DNA of 63,861 nt, counting the filler. It is 8 parts of 8 records of this genome, joined end to end, with 100 filler letters (N's around TTAATTAATTAA, not from the genome) between each part and the next. Parts side by side here need not be neighbours in the genome. Positions count along the whole stretch, not along the records: positions 1 to 12,484 come from SRR2962707_1195; positions 12,585 to 18,153 come from SRR2962707_1201; 6 more parts are not named here. One strand, 5' to 3'. The notes beneath the pieces were generated by a model. That model was not told the DNA's origin. It searched no databases and worked only from the letters and a program-made list of their open reading frames with translations. The position numbers and the translations under genes were made by a program. Numbering within the stretch: position 1 is the first letter of the stretch; every line of letters starts with the position of its first letter. Shown here piece by piece: positions 1 through 12,822 of this stretch.

Positions 1-117
1 AAAAAAAAAAAAAAAAAAAAAAAAACTGCCTTCGTACACCAGAAGAACTAACCACTGTTCGTGTTGCATCTGACTGTCACACACACACACACACGGCAGT
101 GGGCGTGACGCTGCTCA

Positions 118-3100
118 ATGAGCGCCTCGAATGGTCGGCTGCGCCGACCCATTCATAAAGGAGTGACCTCCTCTTCCTCCTCCTCGGCAGGTAATCCACA
201 AAGTCACGGACACTACACAGTGGCTTCGGCGGCGTACGCTGCCGACAGTAGTAGCAGTAGTAGTGGTGGTGGTAGTAGCAGCAGAAAAGCTGCAGCAAGC
301 CGCTCAGGTTTCGATCCTGCGAGTGGCGCAACTGCCGGTACTACAGCAGCAATGGGGAGTGTCGGCAGGGCATACGCGTATGATAGACACGCTACTGCGT
401 TTTCTGCCGAACTTCGGCCGCTCCCGCATCTACACGGGACCCCCGGGCAGTATGCAGGAAGAATCCACGAGGCTGGTCGTGCGCGAGATGCGCGCCCAGT
501 TGGCACGATGCACACTGGCAACTATGCACAGAGCTATGATCAGCAGAAGCATCACCGGCAGCATCATTATATTCAGCAATCCTCCTTAGGTGCCGGGCTG
601 CAGCAGCCCCCGTCGCGAGCATTGAGACGGGCACAGCCTTGTGAACAGGTCGAGCCTCTATTAGCACTGGCGGAGGATTCCAACGACGATTACTTGACGG
701 ATGACGAGGGCTACTCGACCAAAGTCATCGTGAATCCAGCCGGTAGCGCGCGCCTGGTGAAGCAGCATCCACACTCTGGAGTTCTGCCTCGACCAAGTTC
801 GACGGCATCTTTGTTGGGCGCAGCTGACAAGGGCAACCTTGGCATTCATGAGAACGGAGCAAGCGCATCCAGGGAGCGCAGGGTGAAAGTGGTGGTGCGA
901 TGTCGCCCGGCTTTTGAGGACGAAGTGAGCAGGCCGATGTACCGTCAAATCGTCGACATTCAACAACAACCACCACCTGTTTCTGGACAGCCACGTCGCC
1001 TCGGAGATGGTAAGTCGCTGCATTACATTTGAATTTAATCCTCTCGCTGTGCTTCAACTTCAAAGCAACCCGTGCTTTGACTCGGTTCAGGCCAAGATCT
1101 GTTGACTCTGGACCTACTGGAGGACGGCAATATCCGAGAATTCGGATTTGACAAGTGCTTTCCAAACGTTGCATCCCAAGCGAAAGTCTTTGACACGTGT
1201 GCCCGTCCAGTCATTGACGAAGTATTTGAAGGATTTCATGGCTCTGTTCTAGCGTAGGTGGACCAGTTCACCCGCCCTTCTGTCACTGACTTCACACTCA
1301 AGCACCAGCACCATGACTTGCCTTTGCCTTTGGACTGGCCCTTGCGAACAGGTATGGACAGACAGGGACCGGAAAAACGTACACAATGGGATTACTGGAG
1401 TCGTCGCAGGATTTATTGCCCAAGTCTGCCCAGGAGCGGGACAATCCGTCGTTTATAAAAGACCGTGTGCGTCGGAAGGGAATCATACCGCAGTCACTGT
1501 ATGAGGTGTTTGATCGCATTCGACGGTTTGGGAGCAGTCGCGAGGTCCGAAAATTAAGCGTTGCTTGAAACGCTTGCTTTTGATGTTTTTAATGCATTTG
1601 AACCGAGCTTATCGGGCGTATCTGGCCAACAGGTTGTGGTCAAAATGTCGTTTCTCCAAGTTTACTTGGACTCAGTATATGACCTTTTCTGCGAAGCTGG
1701 CTCTGTCGAAAGTACACAGTCACTGAAAGTGCGAGAAGGACAGGGGGGATTCTATGCTCATGGTTTGTGGAATTTTATGGGCACATAGCGCTGTCTTGGT
1801 CTTCGCCGTGTCGGGCATAAAGTGTGTTCTGCACCTCTGTCACTCCTAGGCCTAGCTGAATATGAGGTGGAATCTTTTCCCGAGGTTTGTGGGAATGATG
1901 TCTGATGACCACTGCGTTGATCTAATGTTTGCCTGTGTTGCCACTCGTGCTGTTGGAGGCTGCCATCCTACCTACTGCGTGTTACGGGTTTCGTGTAGGC
2001 AATCGAGTTGTTAGAATGGGGGCTGCAGAATCGTGTTTTCAGCTCGACGTACATGAATATCACTTCATCGCGGTCTCACACAGTGTTGTTTCTTCGCGTT
2101 TTTCAAAAAGTGTTCCGCGGTCCCGGAGCAAAGCCAACGAACGACTCCCGGCGCTCAACTCGCGACTCCAAGCGTCGTGGCCCGAGCAATGGGGCAGTAG
2201 CTCATACTATCAGCGCTACACTTGCCCTGGTAGATTTAGCTGGCTCAGAGCGCATTAGGCGCACGGGTAGCACTGGAACCGCACTGAACGAGGCCAAAGC
2301 CATTAATTCGAGTCTAGCTGCGCTCGGCAATGTGGTATCTGCCTTAGCGGATGACTCAAGGTCAGTGGGTAGAGAGGGTCGACCGATGAATCTTGTAATC
2401 TTTTTGTGAAGTGCAAAACATTAGTTCTTGTTTGCTTTGTTTGCAATGTTCTTGTTGATTTGTTGATGTTTCCGCCGTATTTCAGGCCGCACATTCCGTA
2501 CCGTGATCACAAGTTGACCAAGATTCTTGCTGACTGCATTGGAGGGTCTGCCAACACTGTTTTCATCACAACCATAGGACCGTCAGACTGGGACTACAAC
2601 GAAACGTTGTCCACCCTAAGTTTTGCGTCACGGTGCATGAACATTCGCGCAGCCCCAATTCAAAACCGCATCGATACGGCTGCTGATCAGTCTGAACTGG
2701 TGCAAAAGTTAAAGGTCCGCAAATGAAGCACTGCCTTTTTGTGTGAGGCCGTTGAATGGTTTCTGTTCAATGTGTGCGCGTATTTTTATTTGCATCCTTC
2801 AATGAAGTATGCACAATGTTGTGGCGTGTCGGGGTGCGGTATAGACGCAGCTAATGGAGTCACAGGACGAAGTGCAGAGGCTCAAAGCACAAGTCCATGA
2901 GTGGCAGTCGACTGCTGCATCGTGGAAGCACGAATACGAGCAGCAATATCAGGCCCTACGCCGTGCCAATGCTGCCAACGCTGCAGCGGTCACTGCCACT
3001 GCAGGAAGTGCGAGAAAACATGTGGCATTCAACAATGAAGGCGCCACTGTGCAAGATCAGCGTGTTGTCGATATTGGTCGGCCGCTGCGGCGGGTGATGA

Positions 3101-5141
3101 GTCAAATGTTTGAATTCTACGACGCGACCCTTGCACGCACGAAAGTGAGTCTCCTACAGTTTTTGAATGGGTCCGGTGCTCACGATCCGAAGCATATGGA
3201 TTCTGCACCCGCAGTAACAGCAAGCTTTATTGCTCGGTCATGGAAGCAGTTGTACGCAGATGAGAAAGATCGCTCCCCCTCCAGGTCTGCTCGCTCATCG
3301 CTGGTGCAAATGGCGTCGGCGCTGGTGTTGAAGCACAGAGCTTGCTTCCCAACTCTAACCTCCGAAAACTGCTGGTGTTGGACGAACAACGAGACGAATT
3401 TGATTTCATCGAAGCCATTTCACGAGCTAGTGGTAGAAGCAGTGGAGATGGAGAAGGCTGTTGCGGCCAAAGAAGCTGCGATCACGCAGCATCAAATACT
3501 GCTTCAGGATATCCTTGCTTTTCATGATCGTGTCTCCGCGCGGCATCCCTCGCAACCGAAATCTGCATCACATCCAAATGCAGGGCATATCCCACAGTTA
3601 TCCGGTGAAGCACGAACAACTCACGCTACCTCCACAAAATCCGAGAACGAAGCTTTGTGTCCATCCCAGACTCGGACATCGACCGTTGTCAGACAACAGA
3701 GTCCCGGAAGCAACAACGCAATCGATCAGTCTCCTCGCATCCCGCACCCTCAATCGCCACGTTTTCAAGAGGTGGCGCCCCTGGTGGTGTCGCTGGACAT
3801 GACTCTTGACGATGGGCTGTCAACAATCGCGTCTCCACCAGCAGCACTCGCTTTACGACCTGACCTCACCCCAGAACGCGACAGCGCTGGGAATACCCGA
3901 ACAACAGGGCGAGGGTCCAAGTCTGCTGCAAAGGCCACGGAGTTTGTTTCGCCGGTTGAGAGAGCGAAAATTCCAGTTCCGACGCTACAACCATCGCTCC
4001 GATCAGCGCCCGAACAAGTTTTGCAGAAAACGTCAACTTCTCATCCCGACGCTCGTTTGCAGCCTCCGTTGTCCAACACAAACCCAGCTGATAGATCTGC
4101 GCGGCTGCCAAAGCCACGCGACACAACCGCACAGCACGAGCATGGCAGGTCCATCGGGCAGCACACACCAAGGCTTACATTGAAACTTGAAGACTCAGAG
4201 GTCACAGATTTGACCAGCGTCGCCAGCCCCTCACCAGACACGGACCGGCGGTCCAGTGGCAGTGAGATGCACTCCCAACCGCTGTCCCTCAACTCTGTGG
4301 TGTCAAAGTCTGTGGCATCCGCTGAACCAGGCATTTCCGCAAGCACCACCAGCGCGCCCATCGAGGGAACGCCCTCGCCTAAACCTTTAATCAAACAACG
4401 GGAGAACGACGACGTCAAGGCCCCGTCGTCGCCTCAGGACATCATCGAGTCATTAAAATGGCAAGTTCGAAACAGGTTGGAAAATCTGAAGCTGTCCATG
4501 GCTGAGACGCATGCGCACGCAATGGCTCAGCAGGCAAAGTCAGCATCTCGCAGATCAACGCCACCAACGACTGCCGCCTCGTCGACCAGGTCGGGGTTTG
4601 ATGCACTCATCCAGCGCACCCCGCCTCCTGTAAACATCACGCTGGACAATCGCCCCGGGGTCAGCGACAGATCGCCTCAAAGCCACAGTCAAAGCAGCGG
4701 GATCGATGATGTCGATCATATTGAAGCAATTGTTGGGGTTCGAACGAAACGAGTGCAGCTTTTGTCGGGCGAGGTGAACACTGTGATCCAGTGAGTGGAT
4801 TACAGCTCGACGCATTGCCAATGCTGCCAGCTTCGTGTTTCCTTTGCTCTTGCTTTAGTTTTGCATATCGCCTGGTTGCAGATACAAGGTTCACTGGGAA
4901 AACTCCGATCCGTCGGAAGACGAATGGTTCAATCGCGATGACTTGTTGCAGGACTTTCCGGACACAGTGCGTGGTGTGGGTGTATGGCCGACTGCGCTGT
5001 GCACGCTGGTACTGCTTTGCGAATGTGTAAACTTGGGCGTAAAGCTGGACACTTTTTCGTGAATTTTCACAGGTGCATGCCCATGAAAAGCAGCGCAGAC
5101 AACGACTGGGAGTCTCTGCATCAACGCGAATCCATCAATAG
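118..5141 (+). CDS. Kinesin motor protein with a low-complexity tail and C-terminal chromodomain-like module (about 10 exons)
   Basis: Spliced motifs: VKVVVRCRP, FGFDKCF, P-loop AYGQTGTGKTYTMG (across intron 1254-1351), switch I MNITSSRSH, switch II LVDLAGSER, INSSLAALGNVVSAL, HIPYRDHKLTKIL, ETLSTLSFASR. Last exons join via GT-AG introns 4791-4881 and 4967-5072; stop TAG at 5139-5141. Confidence 0.92.
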
Positions 5142-5269
5142 AAGACACTTTCATCATTGAAATTTCAATTTTAAAACAACGCGGAAAATTACATTTGGTG
5201 TACTGCATTGATAATAAGTGCCATTACGCAAGCCGTGACAAAGTAGTTGGATTGTCAAGCCACAACAAG

Positions 5270-8200
5270 CTATTCACCATTCACCTTTTCTGCACCACCA
5301 ACCTTTGGAGCGGTTACTCGTTTCAACTTCTCTATGCTCCGCGAGGCGTCTTCTTGCTCCCATTGTCGAAGCCGAGCCGCAACTAAGTCATTCGCTTCCA
5401 TCAAGATTGGCTGCTCCTCCGCGCAATTCAGAAACGACGAATAGCCCAACGATGGAGCTGCGTATCTGTTTTGCATAATGCGGTTGAGGTGATTGCCAGC
5501 AATCAAATTGATGTGTTCGTAAAAAGTCAGCCAAGTCTGTGGACTTACTTAAAGGGCGATTGGCCGAGATTCACGCGGACAAAGACGTTTCCTGCAACGC
5601 AGACGAGCGGCGTGCAACGAGAGCTGTCGTCTCTAGGGTCCACGTCAGCCTGCAGGAGCAAAGCCGGAAACTCAAGCTCGAGTGTCAAACAACCCAACGT
5701 GCACCAGAACAGCAAGCACTGAAGCAAGGTTCATTGGTTGACATACCATGGAGAAACGCTGCCAGTTGTCGCCGTTAACTGAAACTCTCATAGTCATGGC
5801 CGCTGGGTTAAGAGCGACCCCAATCACGTCCAAGCGATTCCATGGCACGGTTGTCGCAATTGGTCCTAACCGGTTTTGGGGCATGCTCGATGTGCCTCGG
5901 CGATTGGACTCACCGAACCGTTCTGCGTTTCGCGTGTCATCGTACCCAGATTTGAAGTTAGGCGATGACTTATTTCGTTTGTGAGAAGGGTGCGCCTCAA
6001 TCACAACACCTGACTGAGACCGTTTCTGCATGCAATCTGCCCAGACACAAACACAGCCATCGCTCAGAAACTCTACAGGGGACTCTAGCTGGGCAAGTGT
6101 AAATCGCACTGCGCAGCGTGTTTGACGCACCTTTGACGCCGTTGTTTGGAGTCACATCCCCCTGCGCACAGCGCAAAGTTTGCCCAAAGGCGGCCATATG
6201 CTCAAACCCGGAAACTAAGAACGCAGCCCGGTCAAACAGCGCGCCGCTGGGGTCCCCAATATCGGGGCGGTGGGATCCCGTTCGGAAACCACGAAATGCC
6301 ACGCCAACAAATAAATTCGCAGTATCGAGATGCCCAGTGCCAACGAGGGTCACCTCAAAATAGCACTTGGCCGGCCCAACCACTGTCATGGAGTCAGGAA
6401 CGAATGAGCAAAATTCGTCCTGCAAGCTTTCAACCTGGAAAGCGCAGACGAGACAAAAATCACCAATGGACGTTATGTTGTGGCAACTGCAACACAAGCT
6501 AAATTGTTCCTTGATTGAATACGGACTTCGACGTTCGGTGTTACTCTGGCTGCGCCTGGGGTTCCTCGCACTCGTTCCAGACTGAATCCGTAAATGCGTC
6601 GCTGGCTAACGTACGACATGTTTTCTCGGTGGCGAGCGTCATCAAGTTGAGCAGATTCCTGCAATGCATGTGACCAAGGCACAAAACGATTAACACAAAA
6701 ATAAAATGACCCGGCCCCGTCGCCGTTATGAATCAAACCTGCCGCTCACCTGTGACAACCGCCGGCGATCCCCACTAAATCCAGGAAAAACATGTTGCCT
6801 GAACTTCGGGGACAACTGAAACACTTTACGGTCACCAGACACTTCGCGCACAGGTTCGCGGTTCACGTCGGCGGAGCGGGAAGACTTATCCGCACTGGTA
6901 GCACCGAACGTTCGTTTCGACCGATCTAACGGAGAATCGTACTTGACTTCTTTGCGTGTGCGCCGGTTTCTGGTGTTTTCGCCGAAATTTTCGGCGCTAA
7001 GAGACGTCGGTGCGAGCTGCTGCAGCCGCTTTAATTTCAAACACCCGATAGGCGCTGGGTCCATCGCAACCCCCAAACCGTTCAAAGCGTTGCGGGGCCC
7101 ATCGCCATTCATCTTAGCCTCGCGGCGCATAGTACCCGGTGACTTGTGACGAAGGGTCGACGGCAGAGTAGACATGGCAGAGCCCCCTGCCTGACGCCAT
7201 CCGCCAGAAAAATGCCCAGCCTCTTCATCGTCCGCCTGGGTGCCTGGATCCCAAGGCGGTGGCGAACCTGGCACGACAATGGATCCACCAGAGTCCACAC
7301 GTCGATGACGCCCAGCTGCATTCGCTGAGGCAGGGGCGTTTTGGCGAGAGCGTCGCCTAACACGGCGTGTGGGTGTTCCGGTCGAACTATGTTTTGATCG
7401 CACGGATTCACTGCGAGGAGTGGATTTCAACGGTCTACTCTCGCTCGAATCGTACTTCCGAGCGTTCCTTGAGCGCGATTTCGATAACGCCGGCGATGGC
7501 GAAGGGCTCGGACGAATGTTGCTTTTGTTGAGACTGCGCTTCGGGCGCCCTGGGCTAAACTTTCGCCACGTTGTTGGTGGATCGATGCCACCTTCACTGC
7601 CCACCTCCTTTGCTGCACTACTGCCGGTTTCATTTCGACTTGAAACATTGTTGAGAGCTGGAAGCGCGGAGTTACTTGGGCGATGTGTGCCATCGCGAGC
7701 CGCGGACGAGGTCACATTTCGACTCGACCGTGGATCTGGGATGTGAATGGTGTCATTTTCGTATTCAGTTTGTTCTTTGACCGGCACCTCACTGCTTGCA
7801 AAAGGCTTCACGATGAAGGTGCCCCCGAGTGTGCCATCGCCATCAATATCCCCCGTCGATGAAGTACTTGAGCTTGCCGTGGATCCTTCGCCTTGGGCAT
7901 TTCCCGGGCCTGGTGAACCGACGGTAATATTTGAGAAATCTACCACGCGCGCAACATCATCTGAATCATCTTGATACCTGCGATCACCCACCCAAACAAA
8001 CACATGAACAAAACAAGTTGCAACGTCACCGTGGTCCACACAAATTGAATGGTGACTTACATGTCTGAGTCGAAGTCAAACGCACTCCCTGTGCCAAGCA
8101 GTGACCCCTGATTGTCAGACCCGAGATTGTCGGTTGAGTAGAGATCCCCTTCAAAAGAAAGCCTTCAAACACGTGCAATCGGCCATACACGTCAGACAAA

Positions 8201-11200
8201 ATGTGTACCAACATGTAAAACAAGGGCTCCAACATGTTGCCACGACATACGGCAGAGATTCCTGGTCCGGGTCCACTGAGCCCGGGGCACCGAGGCTGTA
8301 AAAATTGAACATCTCGGCTAAGTGCGGGCACCCCGCCGCAGGGATACTCTCCTCGCCAATATCATCGCTGTCACTGTCGGCAAGTGACCCAGCGACCTTA
8401 GATCCAAGGTGCAAGTCCAATTCATACCTAAGAATGCCCGAACGAGGGTCACACTTCCACTCAAGCAAGAGGACGATGTTTACTGAAATAGTATTGAAGC
8501 GACGTACTCGTCGTCAGTGAAAGGCAGCGATTCAGCATCGTCGGTGACGGGGCCTTGGCTACTTTGACCAGGTGTCGAAGCGCCGACATTCGAACGAGCA
8601 TCGGTCGAAGCAGTGCCACCGACCGCACGGCTAAGTGTAATGACAGAAACGCTGCTGTCGTGGCTGTCGCCTGCACTCTCTTCTTCGGCCTCTAAGACGC
8701 CCTCGAGACGCGCGGGTTGTGGGGCGGTACCAGTGAGTTCCTCGCCGTCGCTGAGGCCAAAAGAGAAATCAGATTCATTGCTGTCGGCGCGGAGCTTTCC
8801 GCCTGACAGCAACAAACCATCGCTGGGCAGTGGACCAACGCCGTCTCCGTTGACGTCTCGCTTTGCTTCAAAGGTGGCAAGAGTTGACAGACGGTTGTTG
8901 GCGGCGTGGTGACGAAGTGACCGTCGGTTCTGTATCCGTGAACGGTGGCGTTGCAAACGCTCAGCGCGGTTTGGTTCCAACTCCGCGACCGCGGACGCTA
9001 ATACAGGATGGTCAAGCAGCTGACTGGCAGAGGGCCGAAAGCGCGGATCTTTGGTGAGGGCCTGAGCGAGAAAATCGTTCATTGCAGGCGTGCGCGACGT
9101 GGGATCCAGCAGTTTCGGTGCAGCCTGCGCGACGAACGTTGAATGATTGCAAAATGTTGAGATTGTTCAAACAAAACTGCCAAAATGCAGCCGGACGGAA
9201 AAAAAACTTCCGTTCGTGAAGACGCACTAGGTTGGGGATACGTATCATCGCCATGTATGGAGTCCGAAACTTGTACGGCAGCTGAGTTTGGCAAAGCTCA
9301 ATTAAAACAATTCCGAAGGACCAAATGTCTACTTTTTGGTCATAAGCTGTGCGTGAGGTGCCTGATTGCAGTACCTAAAACGCAAGCACGACAGCCCAAG
9401 GAAATGGGAAATGCAAGGTGCACTCGACGCAAAAAAGGATTCGCTTTCGAAAACTGATGAGCGTTGGGGCCCAGCCTCACCTCGGGGGCGGCAAAAACTG
9501 GGGTTCCGACCATTGTGTCAGCGAAGCTGCCAGAACCGCTTGATGCATTCAACTGGCGTGACACACCGAAATCGGCAATTTTGACGCAGCCACTGCTGGT
9601 AAGAAGTACATTGCCACCCTTCAAGTCTCGATGAATGATTTTTTTGCTGTGGAGAAACTCCAGACCTACGCGTTACCAACCATGCAACGCAACGTGTCTC
9701 AGCCATTCAAAACGCGGCAACCGGCAGCGCGTGACACACACGGAAAAAATACGCAATATGCTCAAACCAAGGAGAATGAACGTAGAAATGCGGGTGATGG
9801 TTTCCTCCTTCAGCGAACCCATGCGCCCATCTTTTTCCCAGGCCGTGTTGATGAAGTCTAGCAGGCTGGAATGTTACAAAATGTACAACGCGCAAAATTA
9901 AATATCATGATAGGGCAAACGCGTGCGAGTGGATTTTAACTTGACAAACGCATGACAGACCTTCCGCTGTCACAAAATTCCATGATGATCCAGAATCGGT
10001 CATTCTTGCGGCGCTCGCTGCACAAATGAGCATCGAGGTACTGCGTAACGTAGGGACTCTGGCACATCTACAGACACGTTAACGTCAGGTGAAGGCAAGC
10101 ATCTCGAGAGAGCAGTGCGAGGGCCAGAAGCGAGTCAATAAGCAACCAGTCTTCTCGCTTGCCTGCAAAATGCGGATTTCATTTTCAAGCTCCTTTTCTC
10201 GCTCTTCACGATCGTGATTCTTGGAAACCGTGACTGTGCATATCTTGATCGCCACGGTTCTTGAGAGCTCTGAATCAAAACCCTGACGGCAAATTGGCGA
10301 GTCGGAAAAGGTGCAATGTCAGTACATAAATACATGAGAACTCGAGGGAAATCCTCCATCAAGGCAACGTCTCGCTCATGCTTGGTTGCGCACCTTGTAA
10401 ACTCGGCCGTAAGCACCTTCTCCAAGTTTCTCGTGAAGGTGGTACCGGTTGATCACATAGTCAAGTTGGGCACACGGCAGGCCGTACTGACTTTTATAGC
10501 GCGTGGGCGATTTATGAATGGACTCTTCATCGGCGCTGCCGTCACCATGACTGTCGTCATCGTGCATGATGCCTTGCATAATTTTGTTGACGAACGCAGT
10601 CGTGCTGTCTGGCTCTCTGCCAGGCGACGCTGGACCCACGTCAGGGAGAGCTCCACTGCTTTGCACCGCATCGCGTGAGGCTGGATCTCGAGTTCGATCT
10701 CGCCAGCGGTCTGGCTCCGGCGTTCCTATTGAGAGCCCCTCCGCGAGCAGTGCTTGGCCTGACAAGCGCGGCGCTTTCATTTTGCCCGGACGTCGCGGCC
10801 CTGCCCCTGGTGCAGGCTTGCCATGTGGCGATGGGTGTCGAAAGCTGAGTCGGCGCACTTTGGCTTTTCCTGGGGTGCCTCCTGGGGTGGGATGCATGCG
10901 ACCAGGGCTTGGGTGTATCCGACCAGGACTTGGGTGAATCCGACCAGGACTTGGGTGTCTTCGACCAGGGCTTGGATGCACTCGGCCCGGACTAGGGTGA
11001 AGCTGGCGGCCTGGGCTCAGCGGAACCTACACGCAATGTAAACTTAAAAATGAGCCAAAGTGGGACGTATTTGACAAACCTTTGTGTACAGTGTTTCCAT
11101 CATGACCTACCCGATTTGATCTCGGAAACCGCTTTTGCCTTGACCCTCTAGACCGACCCGGCGACGGCCCGTACCCACTGCAAGTGGGGGGCGGCCCGCT

Positions 11201-12004
11201 TAAAATGGCAGCGCTTAATTTGGTTGGCAGTCGGCGCCCAAGGGGCGGAGTGCACAGCACTTGCCCCGTTGAAACGCCTTTCGTTCCGGCGGTCGAAGAT
11301 TGGGGCGTGGCGGGACGACCTAGCCCTGCGGCACTGTAGCTCGAGCGGTCACTGCCTGTGTGTGGACGATTATTGTCGTGACTCAAGTGTTTATTCCAGT
11401 CCGCTCTGAGCGTTGATTCCAGGTCTCCGCTGCCTGAGCTGCCGATGGCCCCTCGGCCCATCTTCGCCTCGGGGGCGCTGGTTGGGCGCTGTTTTCTCTG
11501 CAGTGTGCGTGGCGCAGTGTCAACCAGGGAACCAGCTGACGCAGATGCCTTGCTCTTACGTGTCAATGGCAAGTGAGTGTCAGGGCTGGCATTGCACTCT
11601 CGCGCTGCGGCTTCGTGCCGGTGAACCGCGGCACCTCCACTCATGCGCTTCATGTCGCGGACGCGCAGACCTTCCACAAGGCTTGGTTTTGAGCGGGCAT
11701 GGCCAACACCTGCACCACTTTCTCCAGACAACCCACCATTCTTGGCTGCAAAAATAGCCTCTTCAATTCGCTGCATCCCACTTTGTGCCCGCGCCACCAT
11801 TGCCTGAAGCTGCTTCGTCACCTCTGCTAGGGCAGCTTTGTCACTCAAGCCTGCGTCGGTATTGCGACGAAACTGATCGAGCAACACACTACGAAGATCT
11901 TCGGACGTGCCCAAACCGGCACGGCCATGGTCTTCGAGCATGCGCTCGATCGTGGTGGCAATTTTCGTCTCATCCGGGTGGTTTGTGGATGCCCCCGCCC
12001 CCAT
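5270..12004 (-). CDS. STE20/MST-like Ser/Thr kinase with N-myristoylation motif and C-terminal SPRY domain (multi-exon)
   Basis: Starts MGAGAS. Spliced kinase motifs: [85 protein letters not shown]. In-frame introns 8428-8507 and 7978-8250 link it to a SPRY-like region ([34 protein letters not shown]). A few splice sites in the SPRY part are uncertain. Confidence 0.82.
10880..11020 (-). repeat. Coding 21-nt tandem repeat encoding (xHPSPGR) about 6 times
   Basis: Translation [42 protein letters not shown]; plus strand shows recurring cgaccagg(g/a)cttgg. Confidence 0.92.
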
Positions 12005-12372
12005 GGCTGAGGCGTCGTCGCACCAGCAGAAAGTCTTTGGGCTTCAGAACTCTAACTCAACTTTATAGACGGTGCAGCCAGGGGGAGAGTGGCAGCGCAA
12101 CCATCACGGACAACAGCAACAGGCAACCCCGCTCCCATTCTGAATCGTAGCGTGAATCCCTCGAAAGACTCGCCTAAGCCGAAGCCGGCTATTTCATGAC
12201 CATATCCACCAATGTAACTCTGCGTTGCGTACAGTCTGTACAACGGTTCAAGGCGGGATAAAAAGGACCAAAGTGAAGCGGCAACCCCGCCCGAGGAGCC
12301 AGAACCCAAAAACCCACAGACGCCCAAACCCCCAAAAAAACAGAACCACCAAAACAGCAGCAGCCGCAGCGG

Positions 12373-12400
12373 CACACGCACGCACGCACGCACGCACGCC
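12373..12400. repeat. (GCAC)n microsatellite; similar tracts near 12585, 26326, 27630, 40391, 47408, 47571, 54510 and 63769
   Basis: Directly visible tetranucleotide tracts, mostly near contig ends and gene 5' ends. Confidence 0.9.
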
Positions 12401-12484
12401 AAAAAAGACAAAAAGAAAGGCGAAAAGCAACTCACCCACACACACAAACACACACACTCCACCACTCCACCACTCCACCACTCC

Positions 12485-12584
12485 NNNNNNNNNNNNNNNN
12501 NNNNNNNNNNNNNNNNNNNNNNNNNNNNTTAATTAATTAANNNNNNNNNNNNNNNNNNNNNNNNNNNNNNNNNNNNNNNNNNNN
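12485..12584. other. Artificial contig linker
   Basis: 44 N + TTAATTAATTAA (stops in all six frames) + 44 N. Confidence 0.98.
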
Positions 12585-12822
12585 CACGCACGCACGCACG
12601 CACGCACGCGCACAGAGCACAGCACACACAAAGTACAAACAAAGTACACACATCAAGCAACGCACAACGCATCTCACGGAAGCACCCGGCTTACAGCCCG
12701 AGTTCCGTGCAGGAGTGCAGAGATTCGTCTCTTGTTCAACAGGCCGCACGTTTCTCTCGATTTTTATCCTTGTTCCTTGATCTCCCTCGCTCCCGCCCCT
12801 GCCCATTCCCTCCCCTCGCAGA

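Noticed and set aside
8151-8468. Cys-rich ORF ending ([23 protein letters not shown]) resembling a metal-binding domain
   Set aside because: That part lies inside predicted intron 7978-8250 of the kinase gene.
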